Counted from the first letter of the stretch, positions 41,759 to 50,573 are shown. The stretch is 64,000 nt of DNA from an uncultured Halieaceae bacterium (GCA_913045375.1 CAJWQE010000005.1:1829-65828); one strand, 5' to 3'. The notes: a model not told the origin generated them from the sequence alone. Translations and numbers: made by a program.

Positions 41759-42247
41759 CTATGAAGGAGGTGAATCCTGAATACTGGCGTATCTTCCTCT
41801 GTGGAACAGTAATGCGGGTTTGTCGTGGGCACTGAAATCTCTGACTTCACCCACAATGATCAGGTGATCTCCCCCTTCATACTCATGACGGGTCTCACAT
41901 TCGTAGCGGGCAACAAAGTCTTCAAACAAAGGCACGTTGTCCTTGCTCAATGTGTAGCGAAGGCCGGTAAAGTCTCCAGCACCGGAACGAGCAAATCGGC
42001 TAGAAACATCCTGCTGGTCGGCTCCGAGCACGTGGATGGCAAAGCACCTGGCCTGCAGAAATGCGCTAAGCGAAGACCGCTCATTTCCAATGGAGAACAG
42101 CACAAGCGGTGGCTCCAATGACACCGAATTGAAACTCGATGCGGTCATCGCAACCGGGTTTCCCTCGGCGTCAACCGTGGTTATCACTGTCACACCTGTA
42201 GGGAAGGCACCAAGTGCTTTACGGAACTCCTGACTATCTGGCTTCAC
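41759..42247 (-). CDS. Flavin reductase (HpaC/NADH:FMN oxidoreductase family)
   Basis: 162 aa, FRKALGAFPTGVTVITT...MTASSFNSVSLEPPLVLFSI...GDHLIIVGEV, the canonical flavin-reductase-domain pattern. Confidence 0.87.
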   Translation of the reverse strand: MKPDSQEFRKALGAFPTGVTVITTVDAEGNPVAMTASSFNSVSLEPPLVLFSIGNERSSLSAFLQARCFAIHVLGADQQDVSSRFARSGAGDFTGLRYTLSKDNVPLFEDFVARYECETRHEYEGGDHLIIVGEVRDFSAHDKPALLFHRGRYASIQDSPPS

Positions 42248-42315
42248 CGGGATAACCCTCTCTTACTTATTATTGAAAGCCACCCTCGTTCTGGTGGCGA
42301 TGGAAGCACCATATA

Positions 42316-42338
42316 TTAAATTGGTCGACCATTCAAGT
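42316..42338. promoter_or_regulatory. Operator-like site A (contains perfect palindrome TGGTCGACCA)
   Basis: Sequence ttaaattggtcgaccattcaagt, about 70 nt upstream of the flavin reductase start. It is related to sites B, C and D (see findings). Confidence 0.45.
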
Positions 42339-42530
42339 AGAGCTAACGAAATTGGAATTTGGAGCACATACGCCAGGAGAAATGGCAACTACTTTCGTGA
42401 GACTTGGGACAAGTAAATGGGGTTTAGGGCGTGATATATGTCCTATATTTATTGAGTTTGTACGGAGCGCGTACCCCAGACTGGGTCGCTTTCACAGCCA
42501 CTGACGATAAGCAATGGAGCCATCTTATTT

Positions 42531-42548
42531 ACTTGACCGACCATTTAA
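42531..42548. promoter_or_regulatory. Operator-like site B
   Basis: Sequence acttgaccgaccatttaa, about 60 nt upstream of the 42609 ORF. The 11-mer TTGACCGACCA (42533-42543) recurs exactly at 44713-44723. Confidence 0.45.
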
Positions 42549-42608
42549 CTTTAGTATCCTGCTGAGTTTTCACGATTCTTCGTCGATCAGATAAACAAGA
42601 GAGATATT

Positions 42609-43061
42609 ATGGAAACTGCTAGCGACCCTTATTTCGCCGTCCGCGTGTTACTCAGCATCACGACATTTGGTTGCAGCATCATTCCAATGCTTGCTGATTT
42701 CAACAAGACGCACGCAACCAATCCGCTCTGGACCGGCCACGCTCGATATCATGTTGTTTGGCAATGCCTATCGTACGGCTGGCTGGGACTGTTTTCGTTC
42801 TACCTGATTTGGCTTCACGAGGGGAGTTCTTCCACGCCTTTATACATTAGCGCTTTCTTGTGTGCGGCCATTTATGGCGGCTTCTTCATGACACTTATGT
42901 GCATCGGGTTATTCGATGGAAAAACTCACGATGAGAATGGTTACCTACCTACCGAAATCAACCTAGCAGGCAAGACCTTTTTTCTAGACGCCAATGTCAC
43001 CGTATTTTCAACGATGGTGGCCTTGCTGGCTATTGCGTTGTATCTGCTACCAGAGCTGTGA
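42609..43061 (+). CDS. Hypothetical small polytopic membrane protein (about 4 TM)
   Basis: 150 aa with four hydrophobic stretches and the conspicuous motif ADFNKTHATNPLWTGHARYHVVWQ. I do not recognise the family with confidence. Confidence 0.6.
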   Translation: METASDPYFAVRVLLSITTFGCSIIPMLADFNKTHATNPLWTGHARYHVVWQCLSYGWLGLFSFYLIWLHEGSSSTPLYISAFLCAAIYGGFFMTLMCIGLFDGKTHDENGYLPTEINLAGKTFFLDANVTVFSTMVALLAIALYLLPEL

Positions 43062-43129
43062 TAACTATCATGCTGGCAAAGGGCTGCTTCCAGCCAGAAT
43101 AGCGCCAAAAGAGGTGGCCGCACCACAGA

Positions 43130-43786
43130 CTACTGTGACAGAGCCAAGACCTCACGCTCTATACCAGCGACCACAGTTTCAGCCATGAGCTGGCAAAGTT
43201 CTTTTAGTTCGGGGCTCGAGCCTTCAATTGAACTCTGCATAAAAACACCGTCACACATTACAATCAAAAGACGTGCATACCGCTTTGCGATGTCATTAAC
43301 CGCTTTTTCGGGCAGGTCAGGATAGACAGCCATCAGATCCGCCTCCAAGTCACGGATCGAGCTCCTTCTTAAAACCCGAAGTGCATGCCGTATAGTTTTA
43401 TTATCAGTCTTGGCCTCAACCACTGCGGCAAACATTAACCTCACAAAATTCGGCCGCTCTCGGAGAGAATACAGAATTTGGAAAAGATCATCCTTGAGAC
43501 CCTTAAGGTCTGTGGGCAGCTCACTCTCCTGCCTATCGTCTCGGTGCATATACTCCCGCCAGGCATCACTCCCTTCTGTTATCAGAGTTGCGAAAATATC
43601 GTCCTTTGAAGGAAAGCAAAAATATATTGAACCAGACAGGACGCCTGCCTTTTTTGCGATCTTGGATATCGAAGTCCCTGAATACCCCAACTCGGCGAAT
43701 AGCTCTTCTGAAGCGGCCAAGATTTTAGCCCTGGTCTCCCCGTCACCCTTGCCTTTACGTGCCCTGGCACTACTTACTGCGCTCAC
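43130..43786 (-). CDS. TetR/AcrR-family transcriptional regulator
   Basis: 218 aa. N-terminal HTH TRAKILAASEELFAELGYSGTSISKIAKKAGVLSGSIYFCFPSKDDIF. Confidence 0.9.
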   Translation of the reverse strand: MSAVSSARARKGKGDGETRAKILAASEELFAELGYSGTSISKIAKKAGVLSGSIYFCFPSKDDIFATLITEGSDAWREYMHRDDRQESELPTDLKGLKDDLFQILYSLRERPNFVRLMFAAVVEAKTDNKTIRHALRVLRRSSIRDLEADLMAVYPDLPEKAVNDIAKRYARLLIVMCDGVFMQSSIEGSSPELKELCQLMAETVVAGIEREVLALSQ

Positions 43787-43858
43787 TCTTGCCCTCGCTG
43801 GCTATAAGTTGTTGCTCGTTCGCGCCCATCTTTGGCGACCGACTAATGGATGAACATT

Positions 43859-44621
43859 CTAAGTCATTTGCCGATAACTCTCACCCACCAAAATATCCGG
43901 GTTTACTCCGAACTGAGCCGGGTCGTGAGGCGCCTCATGCATGATTTGCGCCCCAACCTTATGGGCTTCGATTTGATAATCTATCCACTGTTGCTGCGGG
44001 ACAATGCTTTGAGCTTTGCCGTGCAGATGGTAGGGCTTCCACTCTTCCCCAACAGAGTCTATCGGTGGGAACAGCATTGCTGGATCATGACTTAGGCCAC
44101 CAGTACCCATATATAAAACTCTCTTATCAGAGTGCTTTTCGTCAATGAAGTTGCCAATTACCTCACCCAGCGCTCTCGCTCTGGCAAAGGGTGTAAAGGG
44201 TATCTGTATACAAGACACAAATATCGGCAGGATCGGATACAGGTCAACGCCCCCAGCAGCTCTACCCAGCAGTTGCGAAAAGCCATGATCTACGTCCATG
44301 GAATAGGAGACGGCGACATCGACCCCTCCATTGCGAACGTAGTTCACAGCATCCACAGCGAGTTCCTTTGGGACCTTTAACGGCCCAGGTCTCCCGCCAA
44401 CGTCTGCAATTACCAACGTTTTCCACTCCAATCGTGAAGCTAGGCATGCAGTTCATGCTGTGACCACCGTAGTGGTCTACACCAAACATAACGATCAAAT
44501 CAGGATCAAAGCGCCTGATTCTCTCCTGAACATCGTCAAAAGCCGCAAGTATTCTCTGAACCGGTTCCCTACTTTCATCGGCGTAATCAAGTACCGGCGA
44601 GTGGGAAGCGCATAACATCAT
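43859..44621 (-). pseudogene. LigB-family (class III, MhpB-like) extradiol ring-cleavage dioxygenase, interrupted by a frameshift
   Basis: The N-terminal part (MMLCASHSPVLDYADE...DLIVMFGVDHYGGHSMNCMPSFTIGVE) is in the frame of track ORF 44262..44747. The continuation (KTLVIADVGGRPGPLKVPKELAVDAVNYV..VDVAVSYSMDVDHGFSQ...GTGGLSHDP) is in the frame of ORF 43859..44431. Both parts are colinear with E. coli MhpB (CLSHSPLVGY, LFAPDHYNGF, PFCLGVG, LAVSYCMQVDHGFAQ, GSGGLSH). The frames switch at the A4 run (plus-strand T4, 44419-44422). Confidence 0.75.
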
Positions 44622-44683
44622 TCTTTGTATCTGGTTTCCTCCATATGCGGCCCCATTTTTCCGTTCAAGCAAGTCATACCTCA

Positions 44684-44726
44684 ACTTGGTTGGTTGTTCA
44701 ATTTCATATTGATTGACCGACCAAGT
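44684..44726. promoter_or_regulatory. Operator-like inverted repeat (sites C and D)
   Basis: ACTTGGTTGGTTGTTCAA-tttcatatt-GATTGACCGACCAAGT lies in the divergent region between the LigB-type gene and the monooxygenase. The right arm contains the same 11-mer, TTGACCGACCA, as site B. Confidence 0.5.
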
Positions 44727-44792
44727 TTTTATATAACACTTAACCAATGGGGCAATTGCATGCTCCGCCGTTAAATGAGGAAGGGTTCAATA

Positions 44793-45995
44793 ATGAATGC
44801 AATAATGAATAATAAGACAACAGCACAGGAAGCAGGCTTGGCTCTACACGACAGAGTTCGAGCGGTATTGCCGAAACTCGCCGAAAATGTAGAAAAGTGC
44901 TATAGCGACCGCCGGGTCCCAGATGAAAATTTCGCACTTCTTCGGGAGGCAGGCTTCTATAAGGCGTTTCAACCTGCTGAATACGGTGGCCTGGAAATCA
45001 GGGCTCAGGAATACGGCCCAATATTGATGGACATCGCGAAGGTTTGTGCATCCACCGCTTGGGCATCTGGTTTGTTGGCCCAGCACCAGCACGGCTTAGC
45101 CCTATTGTCTAAGCAGGTTCAGGATGAAGTATGGGGCGAGAAACCCGATACACTTCTATCTTCTTCTGTAGCGCCAATCATCACTGCTGAAGAAGTAGAA
45201 GGTGGCATCAGACTTTCCGGTAGTTTTGGCTGGTCTTCCGGGTGTGATCATGCTGACTGGGCATTTCTTGGCTGCAAGATGTCCCAGGAGGGTTTCGATG
45301 AACCTATGCCTCATCTGGTTATAGTTCCTAAATCAGATTACGAGATTGTGGACGACTGGCACGTGGCCGGTCTGGAAGGGACAGGCAGTAAGACATTGAA
45401 ACTGGATAATGTCTTTGTGCCGCAGCATCGTTGCGAGTCCCATGTGGGTTTGGCTCTTGGAATCTCTTCAGGTTTTGGGTCTAACGCTGGCGAGCTTTTC
45501 CATGCGTCATTCTTCAACCACTTCGGACTTGGTTTTTCAATTGTAGCGCTAGCTACTGCGCAGCGTTTTGCGGACGTCTATCGTGACAAAATTTCAAATC
45601 GCGTCCGTGCATACACTGGCACAAAGGTATCTGAAAACGTGCCATCCTGTATGCGACTCGCTGAGACCGTTCTTGAATTGAAAGCTCTTGAAGCGACAAT
45701 CAGGCAAGATTGGGCTCAGATTGATGATGCTTGTTCCCGTCGCGAAATGCCAACTGCGGAAGAACAGGAAATATGGCGCGCCAATCAAACTTTCGTAACA
45801 AACCGTTCCATTGATGCACTTGATCGACTGTTCCGCGCGTCAGGTGGCAGTGCATTTTTCAATACTAACGAAATGCAACGATTGTGGCGCGATAACAAAA
45901 TGACCGGCGCTCACGCATATTCTGACCTTGATGTAGCTCTTCAGAAGCTTGGCGCGTATTTGATGGAAGTTGAAGCCCCAGAAGGAGTGTTCTAA
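44793..45995 (+). CDS. Acyl-CoA-dehydrogenase-fold flavin-dependent monooxygenase, oxygenase component (HsaA/C2-HpaH/DszC-like)
   Basis: About 400 aa with an ACAD-like fold pattern (ENFALLREAGFYKAFQPAEYGG..., WSSGCDHADW...). It has no ACAD C-terminal IYxGxxEIQ motif, which is typical of group D two-component monooxygenases. A flavin reductase lies nearby. I prefer the start at 44793 (GGAAGGG upstream); the track start is 44775. Confidence 0.75.
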   Translation: MNAIMNNKTTAQEAGLALHDRVRAVLPKLAENVEKCYSDRRVPDENFALLREAGFYKAFQPAEYGGLEIRAQEYGPILMDIAKVCASTAWASGLLAQHQHGLALLSKQVQDEVWGEKPDTLLSSSVAPIITAEEVEGGIRLSGSFGWSSGCDHADWAFLGCKMSQEGFDEPMPHLVIVPKSDYEIVDDWHVAGLEGTGSKTLKLDNVFVPQHRCESHVGLALGISSGFGSNAGELFHASFFNHFGLGFSIVALATAQRFADVYRDKISNRVRAYTGTKVSENVPSCMRLAETVLELKALEATIRQDWAQIDDACSRREMPTAEEQEIWRANQTFVTNRSIDALDRLFRASGGSAFFNTNEMQRLWRDNKMTGAHAYSDLDVALQKLGAYLMEVEAPEGVF

Positions 45996-46014
45996 TCGGG
46001 AGGGGAGAATAACG

Positions 46015-46989
46015 GTGAAATACTCTAGCTATAAAATTAACGGCTCGAAATCCTATGGTTTTTGGGTGGACGACAGCACAATTGTAGATCTGCCAAAATT
46101 GCTTGGCAGTAAAGCGCCAAAAAATCTGGATCGTTTCCTAGAAGATTTGGTTGATGGAGATATTGACACTTCTCTACTGACGGAGAATGCTGAGGCATCC
46201 ATTGCATCTTCAGATGTCAAGCTTCTGCAGCCAATTGGTCGACCCGGCAAAATAATCGGAGTGGCGGCCAACAACAGAATGATTCAAATGCTCGCGCATC
46301 GTCGATTCGATAACCCAGCCTTCTTTTTTAAGCCAAGTTCGTCGTTGGCGGGTCATGGTGATGCAATTGAAGTTGGTGAAGACTTCGGAAATACCCATTG
46401 CGAACCGGAACTTGCGGTGATTATTGGGAAGCCAGGTAAGAACATATCTGAAGCTGAGGCTTTGTCCCATGTGTTTGGATACTCGATCATCAACGATGTT
46501 ACGTCGCCGGGATTGAAGGCAAGAGACAGTATTGAGCTGGTCATTCCGGGTGATGGTACTGCTTATAACAAGTTGCTTGATTGGCGTCGCAACTTAACTG
46601 ACGAACATGACCGCAGCATCTACCTTACTTATCATGCACTGTCCAAAGGGACTGATACGTTTGGGCCGATGGGACCCTGGATCGTCACTGCTGACGAAGT
46701 TGCTAACCCCAATTGCCTGGCAGTCAATACGTACGATGGCGATACTTTGGTGTTCGAAGATTCAACGGCAAATCTCACTTTTTCTATTGAGCATATTATC
46801 GCCCATCTGTCCAAGTATATGACACTGGAAACGGGTGACATCATTCACTGTGGTACAGCAATGAAAGCCGTAGAGGGTGCGAAATACTCAGCCATTGGGG
46901 AATGGGATTTCTCACGCATCGGCGGAACTTGTACCATCGAAATCGAAGGGATCGGCAAACTCTCGAATCCAATCGAAATTCGTAAGTAA
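46015..46989 (+). CDS. Fumarylacetoacetate hydrolase (FAH) family protein
   Basis: FAH-fold pattern (KIIGVAANN...FFFKPSSSLAGHGD.I.......CEPELAVIIGK...GYSIINDVTS...). The GTG start at 46015 is preceded by GGGAGGGGAG. The track ORF start at 45970 overlaps the upstream gene. Confidence 0.85.
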   Translation: MKYSSYKINGSKSYGFWVDDSTIVDLPKLLGSKAPKNLDRFLEDLVDGDIDTSLLTENAEASIASSDVKLLQPIGRPGKIIGVAANNRMIQMLAHRRFDNPAFFFKPSSSLAGHGDAIEVGEDFGNTHCEPELAVIIGKPGKNISEAEALSHVFGYSIINDVTSPGLKARDSIELVIPGDGTAYNKLLDWRRNLTDEHDRSIYLTYHALSKGTDTFGPMGPWIVTADEVANPNCLAVNTYDGDTLVFEDSTANLTFSIEHIIAHLSKYMTLETGDIIHCGTAMKAVEGAKYSAIGEWDFSRIGGTCTIEIEGIGKLSNPIEIRK

Positions 46990-47167
46990 GCTCAAAAAAG
47001 GCGTGGTTGTCAGTAGATAAGTATGCTGGGAAGTCCGCAGGAATACAGGCTTGCCATTCAATTGATGGATGGTGCCTCTCAACTCCTGAAACTATGACCC
47101 TATGAGCTATCTGCTGACCATCTCTTTGAAGACGTGACTGAGGCACTTGTGATCGAAAGGCATAACA

Positions 47168-47590
47168 ATGAGCGATTATGAACAGATTTTGAGACTAAAT
47201 GCACAATTCTCCTGGTTGATCGACCACAAAAATGGAGAGGGTGTGCCAGATCTTTTTACAGACGACGGCTACTACGGATTCGAAAACCAGGGCGCGACCG
47301 GCCGTGAAGAAATCAAAGCATTTTACGACATGAGAAAAGCGCGCGGACATCGTGTGTCGCGTCACATTTTCTCTCCCGTTTGCATTCACGAAGAAACTGC
47401 TGATCGAATCACCGGAACGACGATGCTCACACTGATCGCAGCAGACGGGGAAGGGCCGCATCCTGCCGACATACACGTCATCACAGATTATCGAGATGAA
47501 TATGTGAAAGTTGATGGCGAGTGGAAGTACAAGTCGAGAGTTATCTATCCGATTTTCGGTGACATACCGGACCTTCAAGTCAAACAATAA
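47168..47590 (+). CDS. SnoaL-like / NTF2-fold protein
   Basis: 140 aa, LRLNAQFSWLIDHKN...DLFTDDGYY...GREEIKAFY...YRDEYVKVDGEWKYKSR, a typical SnoaL_4 pattern. Confidence 0.72.
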   Translation: MSDYEQILRLNAQFSWLIDHKNGEGVPDLFTDDGYYGFENQGATGREEIKAFYDMRKARGHRVSRHIFSPVCIHEETADRITGTTMLTLIAADGEGPHPADIHVITDYRDEYVKVDGEWKYKSRVIYPIFGDIPDLQVKQ

Positions 47591-47650
47591 AAGTTGTCCA
47601 TCCCTTCCTGGAACCAGAAACCGTGGTTACGCTATTGAAGGCTGTGGAAA

Positions 47651-47871
47651 CTAAAGTGAATCGCCCTCCCGACCACATAAGGCACGCACGTGGTAACGGA
47701 TGGCTTCGTATAAAGCTTCCGAGTCTTTTGCTTGCAAGATGATAAGGCTAAGACAACAGGCATAATATCTCAAACGCTGTCTATGCCTAGATTTTCAGCA
47801 AACTGAACAAACTGAATAGTTTCCTCAATGCCAACCCGGCGATAATCACCAACTCCTATTGTTAACTTCAT
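47651..47871 (-). pseudogene. Remnant of a luciferase-like (LLM) flavin-dependent oxidoreductase gene
   Basis: The ATG at 47871 opens MKLTIGVGDYRRVGIEETIQFVQFAENLGIDSV* (stop at 47770-47772). This is the classic LLM N-terminus, cut off just where DSVW normally continues. A shifted frame continues as ...LSLIILQAKDSEALYEAIRYHVRALCGREGDSL* (to 47651), which might be the LLM C-terminus after an internal deletion. That second part is speculative. Confidence 0.45.
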
Positions 47872-47970
47872 AAGCCCCTATGATCTGCCGCAAAACTCTT
47901 TGGTCTAAACTCCCACAACGACACGAAACCGATTTAAGTGACGCAATCAGACGAATTCTCCGGCCTGGAC

Positions 47971-48705
47971 TCAACTGACCGAAGCGATACTTTCATTAGA
48001 TGCAATGGACGCACCACCTGAGGCATAGCGCTTACGGGTCTCCTCAGACCAGGAATCGATCTCGTCCTGGGCGAAGTCATAGGACAGGCCGCGCTCCACG
48101 GCCGGGCGGGCACGCACCCTGTCTACCCAGGCCACCACGTTGGCATGGCCGGTGATATCGACCTTGCTCCATTTCCAGCCCCGCACCCACGGATACGCGG
48201 CAATGTCGGCGATGGTTAAACCGTCGCCGCAAATATAGTCGCGCCCCTCAAGCTGACGGTTCAGAACGCGCAGCAGGCGCTGCGCCTCGTTGTTGAAGCG
48301 CTGTAAGGGGTGCTCCTTTTGTTCCATGGGAATGTCATCCATATAGCGGGTATAGGAGAGCTTGTTACCAAAGGTGGGGCCAACCCCCGCCGCCTGCCAG
48401 AACAGCCACTGGATAGCGTCCCAGCGGGATTCATCCGTGGGCAACAAGGGAGATGGATATTTCTCCGCCAGGTACAACAGGATGGCGCAGCTTTCCATGA
48501 TGGTCTTGTCGCCATCACGCAAACCTGGAATCTTCTGGTTGGGGCTGACCTCGGTAAAGGCATCGGAAAACTGCTGCCTTTGAAACAGGTCTATGGGTAC
48601 AAGCTTGACTTCCGGAAGCGCTACGCCGGCCTCTTTCAGTTCCTCCAGCATAATGGTGACCTTCCAGCCGTTGGGGGTGGGCGAAGTCCATAATTCCATA
48701 GCCAT
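47971..48705 (-). CDS. Nu-class (YfcG/YghU-like) glutathione S-transferase, copy 2
   Basis: 244 aa, colinear with copy 1 at 40718..41449 along the full length. By eye roughly three quarters of residues are identical. Confidence 0.85.
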   Translation of the reverse strand: MAMELWTSPTPNGWKVTIMLEELKEAGVALPEVKLVPIDLFQRQQFSDAFTEVSPNQKIPGLRDGDKTIMESCAILLYLAEKYPSPLLPTDESRWDAIQWLFWQAAGVGPTFGNKLSYTRYMDDIPMEQKEHPLQRFNNEAQRLLRVLNRQLEGRDYICGDGLTIADIAAYPWVRGWKWSKVDITGHANVVAWVDRVRARPAVERGLSYDFAQDEIDSWSEETRKRYASGGASIASNESIASVS

Positions 48706-48718
48706 GATTCTCTCTCCT

Positions 48719-49240
48719 TTACAGGTTTACCCGCAGTTGTCCCAGGTAGTCCATCTTGCCCAGAGGCACGCCGTGTGCACGCAGCACCGCATAGGTGGTT
48801 GTCGCGTGAAAATAAAAATTGGGCAGGGAAAAAGACAACATGAAGTTGTCGGTGGTGTAGGGTATTTCCATCTCGCCCATCTTGAACAACAAAGGCTTGT
48901 CTGCCAGGGCGTTGATCTCCTCCGGCGTCTCGCCCTGCAGCCCTTCAATAGCCTCTTTAACCAGGCCCTTCAGAGCCTGGTAATCCAGCCCACTCATCCT
49001 CGGCGGCGGAGAGAACTCGCCGGCTTTCAGGCCCGCGATGGCATTCAGGGAGTGGTGCCAGACGGACAGCACCTGAAAACTGAAGGGCGCCATGTCGTCG
49101 CGCAGTTTGTAACGGACAATTTGCTCCAGATCCATATTGCCGGCGGCCGCATATTCTTCGCCCTTGGCCAGCACATTGGCCACGCCACCCAGGATTTGCA
49201 GATAAGAAGCGACGCTCAGGTCGTACAGTGATAAAGACAT
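48719..49240 (-). CDS. DUF1993-family protein
   Basis: 173 aa, MSLSLYDLSVASYLQILGGVANVLAKGEEYA...NFYFHATTTYAVLRAHGVPLGKMDYLG, the characteristic DUF1993 pattern. Confidence 0.8.
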   Translation of the reverse strand: MSLSLYDLSVASYLQILGGVANVLAKGEEYAAAGNMDLEQIVRYKLRDDMAPFSFQVLSVWHHSLNAIAGLKAGEFSPPPRMSGLDYQALKGLVKEAIEGLQGETPEEINALADKPLLFKMGEMEIPYTTDNFMLSFSLPNFYFHATTTYAVLRAHGVPLGKMDYLGQLRVNL

Positions 49241-49268
49241 TTTCTATTCCTCTATCGGTTGTTTTGAC

Positions 49269-49937
49269 TTACAGACCCAGGCTGGCCGCCATGATCTGCA
49301 GCGGCTGCTGCCTCGGTACCAGCTTGTTTCCTGCATAGGCCTTGCCCGGTAATTTGCCCAACTCGGCGGCCAGTTCGACTGCGGCATCGACGGCCTCGCC
49401 CTCTGGAACGAGACGGTCGAGGAAGCCCGCATCGACCGCGCCCACCGGGTCCAAGGTGACTGACTGAGTAACCACTGGCAAAAATCGGGTGGGATTCACC
49501 CGCGCCTTCAGCGGCTCCATCGCCCAGTCTGGCAACACCATTCCCATGGCGGTCTCTATCATGCTGAACTTGTAGGCCCCCTGCTCGCCAATGCGGGTAT
49601 CGCAGGCCAGCAGCCACAGGGCACCGATGGTAAAGGCATGTCCGGTACAGGCAGCCACCAGCGGCTTGCCCGTACCATAGAGCTTATACAGAATTTTGGC
49701 GCCTGCCAGCGTCAGTTCGCCAATCGCCTCCACGTCACCACTGGTCATGGTGGCCAGTTCGAATCCGGCGCAGAAAGCACCCGGGCGCCCGGCAATCACG
49801 ATGGCATCGGCGCTGGCCTCTGCCTCCTCAAGGCCGGCGAGAATTAGCGCTGCCGCTTCTGGCGTAATGGCATTTTTCTTGCCATCGTCAAACTGGATCA
49901 GCGCCACGCCGTCGCGGTTTTCTACCTGTACCTGCAT
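49269..49937 (-). CDS. Crotonase/enoyl-CoA hydratase-isomerase family protein (short, about 220 aa type)
   Basis: 222 aa, DGVALIQFDDGKKNAIT...VIAGRPGAFCAGFEL...PLVAACTGHAFTIGA... Confidence 0.8.
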   Translation of the reverse strand: MQVQVENRDGVALIQFDDGKKNAITPEAAALILAGLEEAEASADAIVIAGRPGAFCAGFELATMTSGDVEAIGELTLAGAKILYKLYGTGKPLVAACTGHAFTIGALWLLACDTRIGEQGAYKFSMIETAMGMVLPDWAMEPLKARVNPTRFLPVVTQSVTLDPVGAVDAGFLDRLVPEGEAVDAAVELAAELGKLPGKAYAGNKLVPRQQPLQIMAASLGL

Positions 49938-49940
49938 TGT

Positions 49941-50537
49941 TTACTCCCCGGTATTCGGTTTTGAAATCATTTGGATTAGCACCTGCACGCGCCGCCGGGC
50001 CTCTGCCCGGCTCAAGCCCGCGCGACTTGCAACCCTGAGTCCGTAAATATTGGTCATGAGATACCCCACCCCTTCCGCTATGCTCACATCTTCGCGGAGG
50101 GTGCCGCTGTCTTGTGCCTCCTGCAGGCAGAGGGATAGTACCTGTTCGAGACCCTTGAACCTGTTTACCAACTGTTGATGCAGTTCGGTATCTACCCCCT
50201 CCATTTCCAGGATACTGTTCACCAGCAGGCAACCCTTGAGGCGATTTTTATCAGACACATCCACCACGGTGATGTGGAGGAATTCACTAATGGCATCCAG
50301 TCCCGCTTTAGTGGTACGAATCCTCTCCCACTGCGCCGCCGACCAGGTGTCATACTTTTCAATCACCTGCGCAAACAGTTCGGGCTTACTACCGAAGGCC
50401 GCATAGAAGCTGCCACTACCAATGTCCATCGCCTTCAACAGCTGACTCATGGAGGTAGCGGTAAAGCCCTGGCGCCAGAAGATGTCACGGGCCGCTCGCA
50501 GTGCTTTGTCGCGATCGATCTGAACAGGTCTTGCCAT
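49941..50537 (-). CDS. TetR/AcrR-family transcriptional regulator
   Basis: HTH DKALRAARDIFWRQGFTATSMSQLLKAMDIGSGSFYAAFGSKPELF. I prefer the ATG at 50537 (MARPVQIDRD...). The track ORF begins 11 codons upstream. Confidence 0.87.
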   Translation of the reverse strand: MARPVQIDRDKALRAARDIFWRQGFTATSMSQLLKAMDIGSGSFYAAFGSKPELFAQVIEKYDTWSAAQWERIRTTKAGLDAISEFLHITVVDVSDKNRLKGCLLVNSILEMEGVDTELHQQLVNRFKGLEQVLSLCLQEAQDSGTLREDVSIAEGVGYLMTNIYGLRVASRAGLSRAEARRRVQVLIQMISKPNTGE

Positions 50538-50573
50538 GGGTTGAGCTTCAACTGCTACGAAGAAGCGCAATTA

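Noticed and set aside
41620-41856. A 78-aa minus-strand ORF between the flavin reductase and the crotonase remnant.
   Set aside because: It overlaps the 3' end of the flavin reductase gene and has no recognisable motifs. It merely occupies the frame upstream of the TAA that truncates the crotonase remnant.
43859-44747. Track ORFs 43859..44431 and 44262..44747 treated as two separate overlapping genes.
   Set aside because: Together they are colinear with a single MhpB/LigB-type dioxygenase. Only part of each ORF is homologous, and the switch occurs at a homopolymer. I therefore annotated one frameshifted gene.
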